The position numbers and the translations under genes are program-made. A stretch of 63,625 nucleotides of DNA, counting the filler, from Chiloscyllium plagiosum (taxonomy: Eukaryota): the NCBI RefSeq assembly GCF_004010195.1. It is 6 parts of 2 records of this genome, joined end to end, with 100 filler letters (N's around TTAATTAATTAA, not from the genome) between each part and the next. Parts side by side here need not be neighbours in the genome. Positions count along the whole stretch, not along the records: positions 1 to 23,116 come from NC_057710.1; positions 23,217 to 44,742 come from NC_057711.1; 4 more parts are not named here. One strand, written 5' to 3'. Under the pieces are notes generated by a model, which saw only the letters and a program-made list of their open reading frames with translations, was not told the origin of the DNA and made no database searches. Shown here in pieces: positions 13,171 to 26,194 of the stretch. Every line of letters begins with the position of its first letter. The first letter of the stretch is position 1.

Positions 13171-14925
13171 ATCTTCTCGACGCTAAGACTAAAATACAGC
13201 ATGTCAAGGTTTGTTCAACCCATTACTGACAGAGTAAGCAGCACAAAATCTGCCAAGTCAATGTAAATAATGATACTGCAAAGAAAATCAGAAAATAAAT
13301 CAAGCAATTAAAGTGTTAAATGTATTTAAGCAGTATGAGAATTTAAAACATCTTCCATTGCTAGGTTCTCAGATAGTGCTGCTGATGGGGATGTGTAAGA
13401 TGGCCCTAGTATCCTTCCTAATCTGGCACCTGGGAGTTTGTTTACTTTAAATGAGATTTCCAGCAAGAAGAGGCTATTATGATCCTCAAGCACTCTTTGT
13501 GCCTACCAGATTTTAACAAAGCACAATAGCAGTCTGTTTTCTTCCAGCTGCAGAAACTCAAAGTATTTAAAAAAAACATATGAATACACAAGTGATATTT
13601 CAGTCACTTCATGGGGAATAAAAAATGCTCAAGTTCAAAATCACATTTCCCCTTTAAAGGTTAAGATAAAGGCACTCCATATTATTTAGAAATTATACCA
13701 GATTAAGAATATAATTTTGTCCTATGTATTTGTTTGAATATTGAATTGTTTCTTAAGGTGTATTTAAAAATTGCATTTAATCTTAAACTAACCTCATCTT
13801 GCTATAACTACCTTCAGTTACTCTGATAAACATTACTTTGCAGGATCTCGTCAAAAGTTAGTGCAGCCTACATTCTTTTATTGACTTGACATCTCTCTCA
13901 GCTAAGGTTCTAGTTTTGCGATGAATTTGACTGGATTGGTTTACCATGCAATGGGATAAAGCTGTCAGAACTATTAAAAATCCATCTCAATAATTATAAT
14001 TTCTTTCAAGTGCACATTATTCCATATTACTGAATTAGTTAGGCAATTATTTTTTCATAACTGGGTTCCTCAAATTTATTAACATTTTAACTTAAGGCTC
14101 ATCACATTTTTGATCACAATTTCCTTTTATCTTCAGTTATTTTCTGATTCATTAATGAGAAGGAGTTGTCACTTAGCATTAAGACTGCAGAGCTATAGCC
14201 AGGGAATCTCTTGAAATGACTGCTCTTCCACACCAATAGAAGAGAATCCTACAATAATCTAACTACCCAATTCACCACTTACATGGAATCATTGTTGTGT
14301 GTGCAACGTTAATTCAAGAGTATCAGGCACAGCTCAGAAACAAGTTCATTTGGAAAAGAGGAAATTGGCACAAGATAGCCTTACAAGAAGGAAGAAGTTA
14401 AAATTGTGTCAAAGAAAAGACTCCATCTCAGAATTCATCTTTTGATTTTCAAAGCAAATTGAAGAAGTTTGACATATTAAAATATAATCCAGATTGTAGC
14501 TTTGGAATTAAATGGAATGAATTTTGTAAACATCAACATTTGCAATATTACTTCTATTTTATTCTCCTTTTAGTGGAAAACACTCTTACACAAAAATGTA
14601 CAAAGCCAAGCTTTTTATGTCTTTCCTGAAAGCAATTTACAGATGTAGTATTACAGATATAATACCAAGCTAGAGATAAATTAGTGCCATGGCAATTTTC
14701 AAAGCAAATTGACTAAGACTCCATCACAAATGCAGCTACTAGATAAGGTTTTTTTTTGAGACTGGAATAAATTTGAACAGAGGTCCAAAGATAAAATTGT
14801 AACCTGTATTCCCAACAGTTCCCAGTTATAACAAACCAGAGAAACAAATACAGAACTATAGTTTATTATCTTTTTTAAAAAAATCCTCTTTTTTAAATAA
14901 AAAAATTATTAAGATCAATACATAC

Positions 14926-15119
14926 CGCAGTGTCATCTTCTTTGTAGACTTTGATTGTTTTATCAGCCTCTGCTGTAAGTAATCTGCTTTCTGACTGATC
15001 AAAGGTACATGCAAAAATTCCAGATTCACTGTCCAAGGAGCCTGGCTGCACAGCAGCATGTATTCGTTGGAAGTTGTACCCAGTTCTCCAGTCCCACAGG
15101 TGCATGGTACCATTATCAG
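14926..15119 (-). CDS. PLRG1: PLRG1 penultimate exon, 194 nt ([65 protein letters not shown])
   Basis: WD40 sequence recognisable as PLRG1/Prp46. AG at 15121-15120, GTATGT donor from 14925, phases 1 to 0. Confidence 0.97.
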
Positions 15120-15649
15120 CTGTTAATATAAATTTCACATAAAAACTGACCTGACATAAAACAGCTAAATGCAAAAAAATCTAAGTTTCTGATATTATAT
15201 CTTTTGCCTGAAGTGTGATGTGTTTTCATACAGGTGTTTTATAATAAATTTTGGAAGGACAATATTTTTCTTTGACAAATCAAAAGCTATTCCTTTAAAT
15301 TGCTTGTCGAGCAATTGAGCATTGTTTCAAATAAACATAGCAAATTCTCATCACAGTATAATGGGACAGATCTACTTTTGTTCACTGCAATTAAAACTAA
15401 TGAAGTTCAATAACTTCTCTACAATTCATCTAACTACACATTTCATAAGGTACTGCAATTTATTAAGCTGTAATTTTAAGTAAAACTGAAATTTTAGTTG
15501 CATTTACATTGCTAACAAGATAGATTATATAAGGAAAAATATACAGCCAAATAACTTCTCACTTGTACCTAAAATAACAAAAATTACCTAGAAATGAAAT
15601 ATTTATCTTGCTCAGCTCAGTTTATCTCTATTATTTCCTGATTGTTTAC

Positions 15650-15789
15650 CTCCTGATATGAGCACACCATCCGAGTTGACAGCAAGTGTATTGATGATTG
15701 CATTATGACCTGGAAGGTTCTGAATAAAAACACCATCTGGACATTTCCACTGCTTTATATTATCCGGAGAACCAGAAGCAAAAGTATAT
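15650..15789 (-). CDS. PLRG1: PLRG1 exon, 140 nt ([46 protein letters not shown])
   Basis: Manual minus-strand translation. TAG acceptor ending at 15790, GTAAAC donor from 15649, phases 2 to 1. Confidence 0.96.
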
Positions 15790-15944
15790 CTATGACAAAA
15801 AGGAGTACTTTAATATTTGGCATGCAACAAATAATTAAAATAATAAGAATGAAGACAAAGAACTTCAATGTATGCACATCTTCCAATTATGTTTTTAAAA
15901 ATCATCCATGTTTTAAAGAGATCACTATTTTAAAACTAACAGCA

Positions 15945-18163
15945 ACTAACTCTATTAGTTTTAAAATAGTGATGGAAAAGGATAAACCAGTTCTAAATGT
16001 TGAAGTTCCAAACTGGAGGAAGGCCAATTTTGATGGTATTAGGCAAGAACGTTCAAACGCTGTCTGGGGGTGGATGCTCACAGGCAAAGGGATGGCTAGA
16101 AAATGGAAAATCTTCAGAAATGGGATAATGGGATTCCAGCGATAATACATTCCTGTTAGGGTGAAAGGCAAGGCTGGTAGGTGTAAGGAATGCTGGATGA
16201 CGAGAGAAATTGAGGTTTTGGTAAAGAAAAAGATGGAAGCACACAGCAGGTACAGACAGCAGAGATCAAGTGAATCCTTAGAAGAGTATAAAGGCAGTAG
16301 GAGTATATTTAGGAGGGTAAAAAGGGGACATGAGATAGCTTTGGCAAATAGAGTTAAGGAGAATCCAAAGGGATTCTATAAATACATTAAGGACAAAAGG
16401 GTAACCATGGAGCGAATAGGGCCCCTCAAAGATCAGCATGGCAGCCTGTGTGTGGAAATGCAGGAAATGGGGGAGATGCTAAACTAGTATTTGCATCAGT
16501 GTTTACTGTGGAGAAGGAAATGGAAGTCACAGAATGTGGGTAAATAGATGGCGATATCTTGAAAAATGACCAGATTACAGAGGCGGTGTGCTGGATGTCT
16601 TAAAATGCATAAAGGTGGATAAATCTCCAGGACCTGATAAGATGCACCCTAGAACTCTAGGAAACCCTGGAAAGCTAGGGAAGTGATTGCTGGGCCCCTT
16701 GCTGAGATACTTGTATCATTAATAGTCACAGGTGAGGTGCCAGAAAACTGAAAGTTGGCTAACGTAGTGCCACTATTTAAAACGGTGGTAACGAAAAACC
16801 AGGGAACTATAGATTGGTGAGCCCGACATCAGTTGTTGGAGGAAGTCTTAAGGGACAGGAGTTGCATGTATTTGGAAAGGCAAGGACTGATTAGGGAATG
16901 TCAACATGGTTTGTACGTGGGAAATCATGTCTCACAAACTTGATCAAGTTTTTTAAGAAGTAACAAAAAGCATTGATGAGGGCAGAGTGGTGGACGTGAT
17001 CTGCAAGGACTTCAGTAAGGTGTTCGACAAGGTTCCTCATGGTAGACTGGGTAGCAAGGTTGGGTCACATGAAATACAGGGAGAACTAATTACTTAGATA
17101 CAGAACTGGCTCAAACATAGAAGACAGAGGGTGGTGGAAGAGGGTTCCTTTTCAGACTGGAGGTCTGTGACCAGTGGAGTGCCACAAGAATCAGTGCTGG
17201 GTCCACTGCTTTTCATCATTTATATAAATGATTTGGATGTGAACACAGGAGGTATAGTTAGTAAATTTGCAAATGATACCAAAATTGGAGGTGTAATGGA
17301 CAGCGAAGGAGGTTTGCTCAGACAATAATGGGATCTTGATTAGATGGGCCAATGGGCTGAGAAGTGCCATGGGCAGGTGGAGTTTAATATAGATAAATGT
17401 GACATGCTGCGTTTTGGAAAGGCATATCAGGACAGGACTTATGCACTTAATGGTAAGGTCCTGGGGAGTGTCGCTAACCACACAGACCTTGGGAGTTCAG
17501 GTTCACAGTTCCTTGAAAGTGGAGTCTCAGGTTGGTAGGATAGTGAAGACAACATTTGGTGTGCTTTCCTTTATTGATCAGAGCATCGAGTTGGGAGGTC
17601 ATGTTGTAGCTGTACAGGACATTGGTTAGGCCACTTTTGGAATATTGTGTAATTCTAGCCTTCCTACTATCGGAAGAATGTTGTGAAACTTGAAAGGGTT
17701 CAGAAAAGATATACAAGGATGTTGCCTGGATTGGAGGGTTTGAGCTATAGGGAGAGGCTGAATAGCTGGGACCATTTTCCCTAGCACGTTGGAGACTGAG
17801 GGGTGACCTTATAGAGGTTTATAAAATCATGAGGGCCATAGTTAGGGTAAATAGGCAAGGTCTTTTCCCTGGGGTGGGAGAGTCCAGAACTAGAAGGCAT
17901 AGGTTTAGGGTGAGGGAGAAAATTTTAAATGGGATCTAAGGGGCAACCTTTTCATGCAAAGGGTGGTACGTATATGGAATAAGCTGCCAAGTGGTGGAGG
18001 CTGGTACAATTTCAGCATGGATAGGTACATGAATAGGAAGGGTTTAGAGGGATATGGGCCATGTGCTGGCAAATGGGTCTAGATTAGGTTAGGATATCCA
18101 GTTGGCATGAATGAGTTGGAATGAAGGGTCTGTTTCCGTGCTGTACCTCTCTGACTCTATGAC
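15945..18163 (+). mobile_element. CR1 LINE, ~2.2 kb 5'-truncated ORF2 (RT) with 3' tail, antisense in a PLRG1 intron
   Basis: [43 protein letters not shown]. Tail ctctgactctatgact. Confidence 0.93.
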
Positions 18164-18205
18164 TTCTAACAGTATATTGAAGGAACGCATTATCTTTAGA
18201 CATAC

Positions 18206-18314
18206 TGTCTTGGATGTAGAATGAGAGAACGAACAGACTTCTTGTGATTGGTTAATGTAATTCTAGTTTTCCCTGCCACCAAGTCCCAGAGTCGTATGGT
18301 TGTGTCATGACTTC
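18206..18314 (-). CDS. PLRG1: PLRG1 exon, 109 nt ([37 protein letters not shown]); most upstream PLRG1 exon found
   Basis: T-rich tract with AG at 18316-18315, GTATGT donor from 18205, phases 1 to 2. Splices in frame with the three downstream exons. Confidence 0.96.
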
Positions 18315-19579
18315 CTAAAAGAAAAAAAAACTTATTGTAGCATTCGCACAGTTACAAAAATACAAGGGTATTCAAGGAGCTTAAAATTTTCAAAATAAAC
18401 TAAGATGTAATTTATCTTACCGCAGCATAAAAGTTTGCTCATTAGATATGCTCATTGAATATCTGACTTGTATAGTTTTTAATAAATATAGCTTTCCATA
18501 ATCAAAAAGAACAAGATGATTGGTGGTATACGTCATAAGGGACACTTGTCTGTCTGGTTTATTATAAACCGTTTGTTAACTGAAACAAACTTTCATAAAA
18601 TAGACCTTGGAGAATTCAATTTAGTTTCAAAATCCTTTGGAAAAAGCAAAGATACTCTCCAATCTTTAGAGGGCAAGGAGAACAATTTTCTAGAATGACT
18701 ATAATACACTAAAGACCGATTAGGAAATTCAGCAAAGTGCACAATAAATAGAATATTTCCAATGGTTAAGTACATGAAATTTTTTAAAAGCCCAGTCAAA
18801 TATAGATTTTTAAAAGTAAACTGATTTATTTATCTAAATCTGTAGATAAATTAAATCACATTATCAAAATTGTAACTTATGCCATGATTGGGAATTAAAA
18901 ATTTAAGATTTGCCAAAAATGCACTAGCTTAAGATTGTTTTAGAGGTCATTTTGAAATTTTATTGGTTTAATAATAAAAAAACAATAGCAGCATGTTGGC
19001 ATTTCCAGACACTGCCCATCACAGACATGCATGTAAAAGCAGTACTTTCAAATTGACAGTGAATTAATTTGTGGACAGAAAGTACACAATCAATGCTAGA
19101 CACATAAATTAACATATAGCTGTTATCCTATACTTTTGCTTAACAGGAGTCAATGATATTAATCAGGTCAGTCTCAGATACTCAATTAAGTTCCACAGTG
19201 GTACTTATTCTCTCAACAGTCAAGAGGATGCTGTGCTCGTACTGTCCAATAGCATAATCCGGAATGCAACTGTAGCACCCTTCAACATCTATAATGGACA
19301 TTCTGCCCAACGTATATGTTCCCACCTACACTTCTCCAATACACTTTGCTAATTGGTGTCAGTTGTCCAATCAGTAAACTCAAAATACTGCGGCTCAAAG
19401 TATCATACTGAACTCAACACGTTAACTATATTTCATTCATTACAGATGCTGCCAGACCTGCGGAGTTTCTCAAACATTTTGTTTTAATGTAAGGAACTAA
19501 TAAGTTGATTGTACACGCAAATTAATGTGCATAGCGGGTTATATCAAAATTTGTTCAGCTTTAACCCTCTCCTTAGGAG

Positions 19580-19862
19580 AGCGGCACGGTGGCACAGTGG
19601 TTAGCACTGCTGCCTCACAGCGCCAGAGACCCGGGTTCAGAGACCCGGGTTCAATTCCTGCCTCAGGCGAATGTGTGTTGGAGTTTGCACGTTCTCCCTG
19701 TGTCTGTGTGGGTTTCCTCCCACAGTCCAAAAACGTGCAGGTTAAATGAATTGGCCATGCGAAATTGCCCGTAGTGTTAGTTGCAGGGGTAAATGTAGGG
19801 GTCGGTGTGGACTTGTTGGGCCAAAGGGCCTGTTTCCACACTGTAAGTAATATAATCTAATC
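19580..19862 (+). mobile_element. HE1-type tRNA-derived V-SINE
   Basis: Head ggcacggtggcacagtggttagcactgctgcctcacagcgccagagacccgggttc (A/B boxes, 14-bp internal duplication) and taatc tail. Confidence 0.88.
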
Positions 19863-19949
19863 AAAATACACCATATTGCATATTTGTTTTAGTAGTAATC
19901 TGAATTTTCCTCAACTACTCCACTGGTCCTGGCCAGGTCAGAGCTTAGT

Positions 19950-20920
19950 AAAATAGGAACAGGAGTGGGTTGTTTAGCATATCAAGCCTGTTCCACCATT
20001 TCATGAAATCATGGCTGATCTGTAGATTAACTCCTTTGGCCCATTTCCTTCAATAGCTTTGCTTAACAAAAAACTTATCAATCTCAGATTTAAATCTAAA
20101 ATTGAACTAGCATCAATTGCCGTTTCTGTTCCAAACCTTTATTACCCTTTGTGAGCTTTGCAACATTTCTCCTGAATGGTCTGGCCCTAAATCTCACACT
20201 GAGTCCCCTAGATCTAGAACTGCTAACATGTGGAAATAGTTAATTGTAATCTACTATGCCTTTTCCTGGTAATATCTTGAAGACTTTGATCAGATAAGCC
20301 TTAACCTTCTAAATTCTCCAGAATTTGGTTGTATAATCTTTATTCATAACTTAACTCCTGAAGTCCAGGTATCAATCTTGTAAACCTATGCTATGCTTCT
20401 TCAAAGGCAATATATCCTTCCCAAGATGTGCTCTCAGTACTTCAAGTGAGGTTCAACCATGGTTTTATATGACTGCAGCATAACTTCTGCACCCTTATAT
20501 TCCAATCTTCTAGATATCAAGGCCAGAAACCATTAGCCTTCTTGACTATTTTCTGCACCTGTTTATGTCATTTTAAAAACTGATGCACCAGAACCCCCTA
20601 GTCTCTTTGGAAATCCATTGCATTTAACTTCAAACGTTCTAGAAAGTACCCTGATCGATCCTTTGTTGGTTCGAAATGATAACTTCACACTTGTTTACGC
20701 TGAACTCCACCTGCCACAATTTTGCTCATTTATTGAATCTATCAATATCCTTTGATAACTTCATGCCATCATCTGAACCCTCAACAATGTCACCTAACTT
20801 TGTGTCATCAGAAATTTGAACATATGATAGACGAGGTCATTATCAATGTCGTTGATATTAATGTGAATAATTGAGGCCCTAACACAGATTCTGTAGGACA
20901 CCACTAGTCACACCCTGTCA
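19950..20920 (-). mobile_element. Old CR1 LINE 3' fragment
   Basis: Degenerate VTSGVLQ / SDDTKLG region near 20780-20910 and a CR1-type 3' UTR at ~19950. Confidence 0.7.
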
Positions 20921-22763
20921 ACGACCTCAAGTTAAGCAAAGTCATTCCAACTAAGCCAAGCTCTATTCCCAAATTAAACTGAATGAATATCAATGTCCTT
21001 CAATCCTCTTAGCCGTTTCATTGTGAAGTGAGCAGAGTTAATTTCCCAGGTGCTTCCTTCTTCAAAGATTCATCAGTAGGCTCAATAATCAGATTAGCTA
21101 CTTCCCTCCCAAAACTTTACTAACATATAACTGACTACTGAACATGCAAAATTAAATCACAAGAGAATGAATTATTGGTAGCTGGGAACAAGGCAAGATA
21201 ATACATTCCAAAACAAAAATACTGCAGTTGCTAGAAATTATGAAATAAAAACAGAAATGCTGGTAAAACTAAGAAGATCAAATAGTATCTCAGCATTTCA
21301 GGAGTGGAGAAGTTTGAGCAACTCATAATAGGAGTAATCTCCACTGTTTTCCTATTCCCCACCAATGCCTGTCACTCCCTGTCTCTGTACAAATTCTATT
21401 TGTACAAGTTTGCTTACAGATTTATACTGATATTAACCTCTAGGATGCATATGGTTCCGAGGGCATAAGGTTCGTGAACTGAAGGCTGCTCTTTCCTTTT
21501 ACCATATAAATCTCTATTTAACTCAGTCTAAATTTACTTCAACAGTAGCTACACCCCACCAAATCTCTTAACCTTCACTTCTCTCTGCCCTTTTTCTTTG
21601 ATTTTTCCCCTTGCCATATATTCACATTCTGCGCCAACTTTCCAGGTTCTAACGGTGAAGGATGTATCCTTAGCAAACGCCGCAGATTCATCCACTTATA
21701 TTCCAACATAAATCAATGGTACATTGCATGATGCTGACTATTTCTTTCATTGTTTTCACTTCCATTTCTACTTCTGTCATCCTGACAGACAGAAAATCCT
21801 TTTATCCCTGTCCAGTTTTCTCCATCTACCTGGATCCCTCACACACACAATCTTTTCATTGAGAGCTGTCAGTGTGACACTAGACATCTCAATTTATCTA
21901 CTCTTCTCAGTCATACTACTGTCTCCCTGTGAGCTTGCTGAACTCTGTTTTCTCAAGTTCAACTCAAATGCAGTCATCAAGCCTGCCAGTGCTGTTGTCT
22001 AGCAAATCAACTTCCTCTCTACAGAAGCAGAATGCTATTTCTCCCATATTTCCTCCTACCTTGCGCTGAACCAAACCGCCACCAACAGACATCAAACTAC
22101 CATTGCCAGGTCTGTCACTGGCCTCAGCTCTTCCAGTGATCTTCTCTTCATGGCCTTCAGCTTCAGTCATGCAGCAGCTGACTTCTACTTATCCCAAAAT
22201 CAACAACAGGATTGCCAGCACAATTGATCCAGAATCTGGTTTCCAGCATCTGCAGTGCCTGAACTGCTGTGCTCTTCCAGCACCATTGATCCAAAATCTG
22301 ATTTCCAGCATCTGCAGTCATTGTTTTTACCTTTTTGTGATGGTCCATTCCTGCCCCACTATACCGATTTTTATTTTGGCCATTTTCTTGGTGTCCTGGT
22401 CGCTATAACAGCTTTAAATTTCCTGGTCCTGCCAGTTGCCTTTTTAGCATGGATATTCAAATCAACGAATATTTCATGCCCCATTTGGATAGTCTCAGGA
22501 TTGTCTATTTCTGCTTGAATGGAAGAGATCCAAACAGTCTACATCCACCAAATCCTCCTCCACTTTGAGCTTGTACTTTCCTTGCACAATTTCCTCAAGT
22601 GCACTCACTTCCACCAATACAAGGTGTTGCTATGAGCATCTGTAAGGGCCCTAGCTCTGCCTATCTTTTTGCGGAAAATGTGGAAATTCCTTTCTCCAGT
22701 TCTACCCAGGCCTGTCTGCTCAACTCTTTTTTTTTAAAATGTTATTAATTGCTTTGGATTCAT

Positions 22764-22989
22764 TTCCTGCTCTCATTCTGAAGAGGATATTTGAAGAAAC
22801 GTTGCTGTGTTTCTGTTCGCCAAGCTGGAAGTTTTTGTTGCAGACGTTTCGTCCCCTGTCTAGGTGACATCCTCAGTTCCTGCTCTCATTCTGAAGAGGA
22901 TATTTGAAGAAACGTTGCTGTGTTTCTGTTCGCCAAGCTGGAAGTTTTTGTTGCAGACGTTTCGTCCCCTGTCTAGGTGACATCCTCAG
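22764..22989. repeat. Exact 113-bp tandem duplication (22764-22876 / 22877-22989)
   Basis: Direct comparison of the two copies. Confidence 0.92.
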
Positions 22990-22992
22990 TGC
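22953..22992 (-). ncRNA. Minimal type I hammerhead ribozyme motif in a Penelope-like terminus
   Basis: Minus strand reads gca-CUGAGGA-u-guc(accuagacaggg)gac-GAAA-CGUC-ugc. Stem I gca/ugc, stem II guc/gac. Confidence 0.7.
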
Positions 22993-23116
22993 TCGGGAGC
23001 CTCCTGTGAAGCGCTTCTGTGGTGTTTCCTCCGGCATTTATAGTGGCCTGTCCCTGCCGCTTCCGGTTGTCAGTTTCAGCTGTCCGCTGTAGTGGCCGGT
23101 ATATTGGGTCCAAGTC

Positions 23117-23216
23117 NNNNNNNNNNNNNNNNNNNNNNNNNNNNNNNNNNNNNNNNNNNNTTAATTAATTAANNNNNNNNNNNNNNNNNNNNNNNNNNNN
23201 NNNNNNNNNNNNNNNN
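23117..23216. other. Artificial scaffold spacer (44 N + TTAATTAATTAA + 44 N)
   Basis: Identical 100-bp construct also at 44743, 50058, 57965 and 61181. Confidence 0.97.
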
Positions 23217-23617
23217 TTTAACATAACATGTTATAAAATAAAAAATGAAAGAACTGAGGATGCTGAAAATCAAACAAGAACAGAAATTGCTGGAAAGGTT
23301 CAGTCGATCTGGCAGCATCTGTGGAGAGAAATCACAGTTAACGTTTTGGGTTCAGTGACCCTTCCTCAGAACTGAACGAAGGATCATTGAACACAAAACT
23401 TTAACTCTGATTTCTGTCCACATTTTCTCTTCTATTTTGTAATTAAATATTTTCTTGAATCACTGCAGTCCAGCTGCTGTAGGTTGACCAACAATGCTGC
23501 TTGGAAGACAGTTTCAGGATTTTGACACAGCAACACTGAAGGAATTGTGATATAATTCCCAAGTCAGGATGGGGACTGGCTTGGTGGGAAACTTACATCT
23601 GCTGCCCTTGTTCTCCT

Positions 23618-24190
23618 CAATGGAAGAGGCGGAGGCGGAGGAATTGGGAATACGGGATGGCATTTTTGCAGGAGGTAGGGTGGGAAGAGGTGTAATCCAG
23701 GTAGCTGTGGGAGTCGGTGGGTTTGTAAAAAATGTCAGTGTCAAGTCAGTCATCATTGATGGAGATGGAGAGGTCCAGGAAGGGGAGGGAGGTGTCAGAG
23801 ATGGTCCAGGTAAATTTAAGATCAGGGTGGAATGTGTTGGTGAAGTTGATGAATTGCTCAACCTCCCCGCGGGAGCACGAGGTGGCGCCAATGCAATCAT
23901 CAATGTAGCGGAGGAAGAGGTGGAGAGTGGTGCCGGTGTAATTACACGGAAGACTGACTGTTCTATGTAGCCAACAAAGAGACAGGCATAGCTGGGGCCC
24001 ATACATGTGCCCATGGCTACCCCTTTGGTCTGGAGGAAGTGGGAGGATTCGAAGGAGAAATTGTTCAGGGTGAGGACCAGTTCGGCCAAACGACCGAGTG
24101 TGTCGGTGGAAGGGTACTGTTGGGACCTCGGGAGAGGAAAAAACAGAGGGCTTGGAGGCCCTGGTCATGGCGGATGGAGGTGTAGAGGGA
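23618..24190 (-). mobile_element. Penelope-like RT core fragment (one frameshift)
   Basis: LAELVLTLNNFSF..FLQTKGVAMGTCMGPSYACLFVGY and LFLRYIDDCIG...FLDL. Confidence 0.9.
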
Positions 24191-24489
24191 ATAAGAGGGG
24201 AGGGAATCTGGGAATCTCTGCCTAGAAGGCTGGTCAAGGCAGAAAACTCAATGATTAAGAAGCATTTACACGTAGACTTGCAATACGAGGGCAGGGGGCA
24301 AAGTACTAGAAAATGGGATTAGGATAGTAAGGTAGTTGCTCTTGACCGATGCAGACTCAATGGGCCAAAGGGCCTTTTTCTTTGCTGTGGAACGCCATGA
24401 CAAGACTTGGGCAGTCAGCAGGCATTACTTGCTGAATAATTCTGAACCCCTGACCTGCTCTTGGAGCCACTATTTATATGGTTAGTTCA

Positions 24490-24708
24490 TATAAGGAACG
24501 GAAATGACATCACCACAAAGCCCAGGAACCCCATCCAGGACAACATATAAATAGAAAGCAGGAGACAGCAGCTTCGCTTCACTTGGAGGTCACCACTGAT
24601 GATGTTACCTAGCCAGGTAATGAAACGTCTGGATATCAAACCTACAGCTCAGCGAGCAAACCTATACCCTAAACCTCAACCTGAGCTACAAACCTTCACA
24701 AACTTTGC
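24490..24708 (+). mobile_element. 219-bp solo Penelope-like terminal element with 12-bp TSD
   Basis: TSD atggttagttca at 24478-24489 and 24709-24720. Homologous to the terminus of the RT-encoding element at 35616-35830. Confidence 0.85.
24593..24632 (+). ncRNA. Minimal type I hammerhead ribozyme motif, intact core
   Basis: cca-CUGAUGA-u-guuaccu(agcc)agguaau-GAAA-CGUC-ugg. 3-bp stem I, 7-bp stem II, predicted cleavage after C24629. Confidence 0.8.
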
Positions 24709-25690
24709 ATGGTTAGTTCAGTTCAGTTTCCGGTCAACAGTAATCCCCGGGATGCTGACATTGGAGATTCATTCTTGAATCATGATATCATTAAACATCA
24801 AGGAGATATAGTTAGCTTCTCTCTTGGTGCCTGGTACTTGCGTCCAATGAATCTTACTTGCCATTTGTCAACATCTTGCTGCATGTGGGCATGGATTGCT
24901 CAATATTTTGGAGACAAAGGTAGACAGATTCTTAGCAGGTCTGGCAGCATTCGTGAAGTTAAAAAGTTAACAATTTTAATTTGACATGACAGACTCAAAA
25001 CGTTAAAACTGTTTCTCTTTCCATTGATGTGACCAGATTGGCTGACATTGTCCAATGCTTTATGTTTTTATTTTACATTCAGCATCAGCAGTATTTTGCT
25101 TTTATTTGGGTGGATTGATTTCTGCTAGGCAGAAGGATGAAGGGTTATTGGGGGTAGGCAAGAATATGGAATCTCAAACAGTCTCACTTGTGATCTTTTT
25201 GCATAATGGAGCAAGCTTAATGTTCCAAATAGCAGCTTGTTCCTATTTCTTGTGTTTGTACATTTGTCTCATGAAACTGAAGGCCAAAACGCAGGCACTG
25301 GGACACATCATGGAGTCAAAAGATTATCTGAGAATTTTGTGTCATAGGATGCAGTCCTCTGATTTGATTATGAATTACTGACATATTTATAGAAACTTGG
25401 GGCTCTTTTTTTCTTCATTGTCATTATATTGTCATGTATTCTGTTGAACTTTGAACTTTTTATGTTTAGCATGTGTGATATAGACTGTAATCTACAAATA
25501 TTTTTACTATCATTTAATTTATATTTGGATATTAAATCAGTGACTTTTTCTTGTATGCATTTCCGTAGCCATGGTGACTTCCTTTCAAAAAGCTAAAGGG
25601 TATAATTACGGAATTCCACAGATCCATTACCCTTGAGGTGAAGAAGTTCCTCCTCAACTCAGTCCTAAATTTGCTCCTCTTTATTTTGAG

Positions 25691-26076
25691 TAGACAGGCA
25701 GGAGGCTGGAAGAACACAGCAAGCCAAGCAGCATCAGGAGGTGGAGAAGTCAATGTTTCGGATGTAACCTTCCTTCCAGACTCTTGTGCCCTTTTATTGG
25801 TCTGGGACACCCGCACCAATCAACCACACCGGCCCGTGGCCCAACATTTCAACTCCCCCTCCCACTCTGCCGAGGGCATGGAGGTCCTGGGCCTCCTTCA
25901 CCGCCGCTCCCTCACCACCAGACGCCTGGAGGAAGAACGCCTCATCTTCCNNNNNNNNNNNNNTCTCTCCACGCTTCAAGCTCACTGCCTTTATTCCTGA
26001 TGAAGGGCTTTTGCCCGAAACGTCGATTTCGCTCCTCCTTGGATGCTGTGCTCTTCCAGCACCACTAATCCAGAAC
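25691..26076. mobile_element. Penelope-like 3' end (GIY-YIG tail and pLTR) with inverted terminal piece, inserted in an old CR1; spans a 13-N gap
   Basis: RPVAQHFNSPSHS...RRLEEERLIF, with pLTR sequence in both orientations. Confidence 0.82.
25997..26024 (+). ncRNA. Hammerhead ribozyme core motif in Penelope-like pLTR
   Basis: CUGAUGA-a-gggc(uuuu)gccc-GAAA-CGUC. Stem I is weak in this copy. Confidence 0.6.
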
Positions 26077-26194
26077 ACCCTTTTATTTCCCCAGTTCTAG
26101 TTTCACCTGGCAGTGGAAACACCTCTCTTATCTATTCCCATCATAATTTTATATGTTTCTACAACGTCTTTTTGGATCTAATAGAATGGTGCTG

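Noticed and set aside
19580..19660. tRNA gene
   Set aside because: tRNA-derived head of an HE1-type SINE, followed by SINE body and tail.
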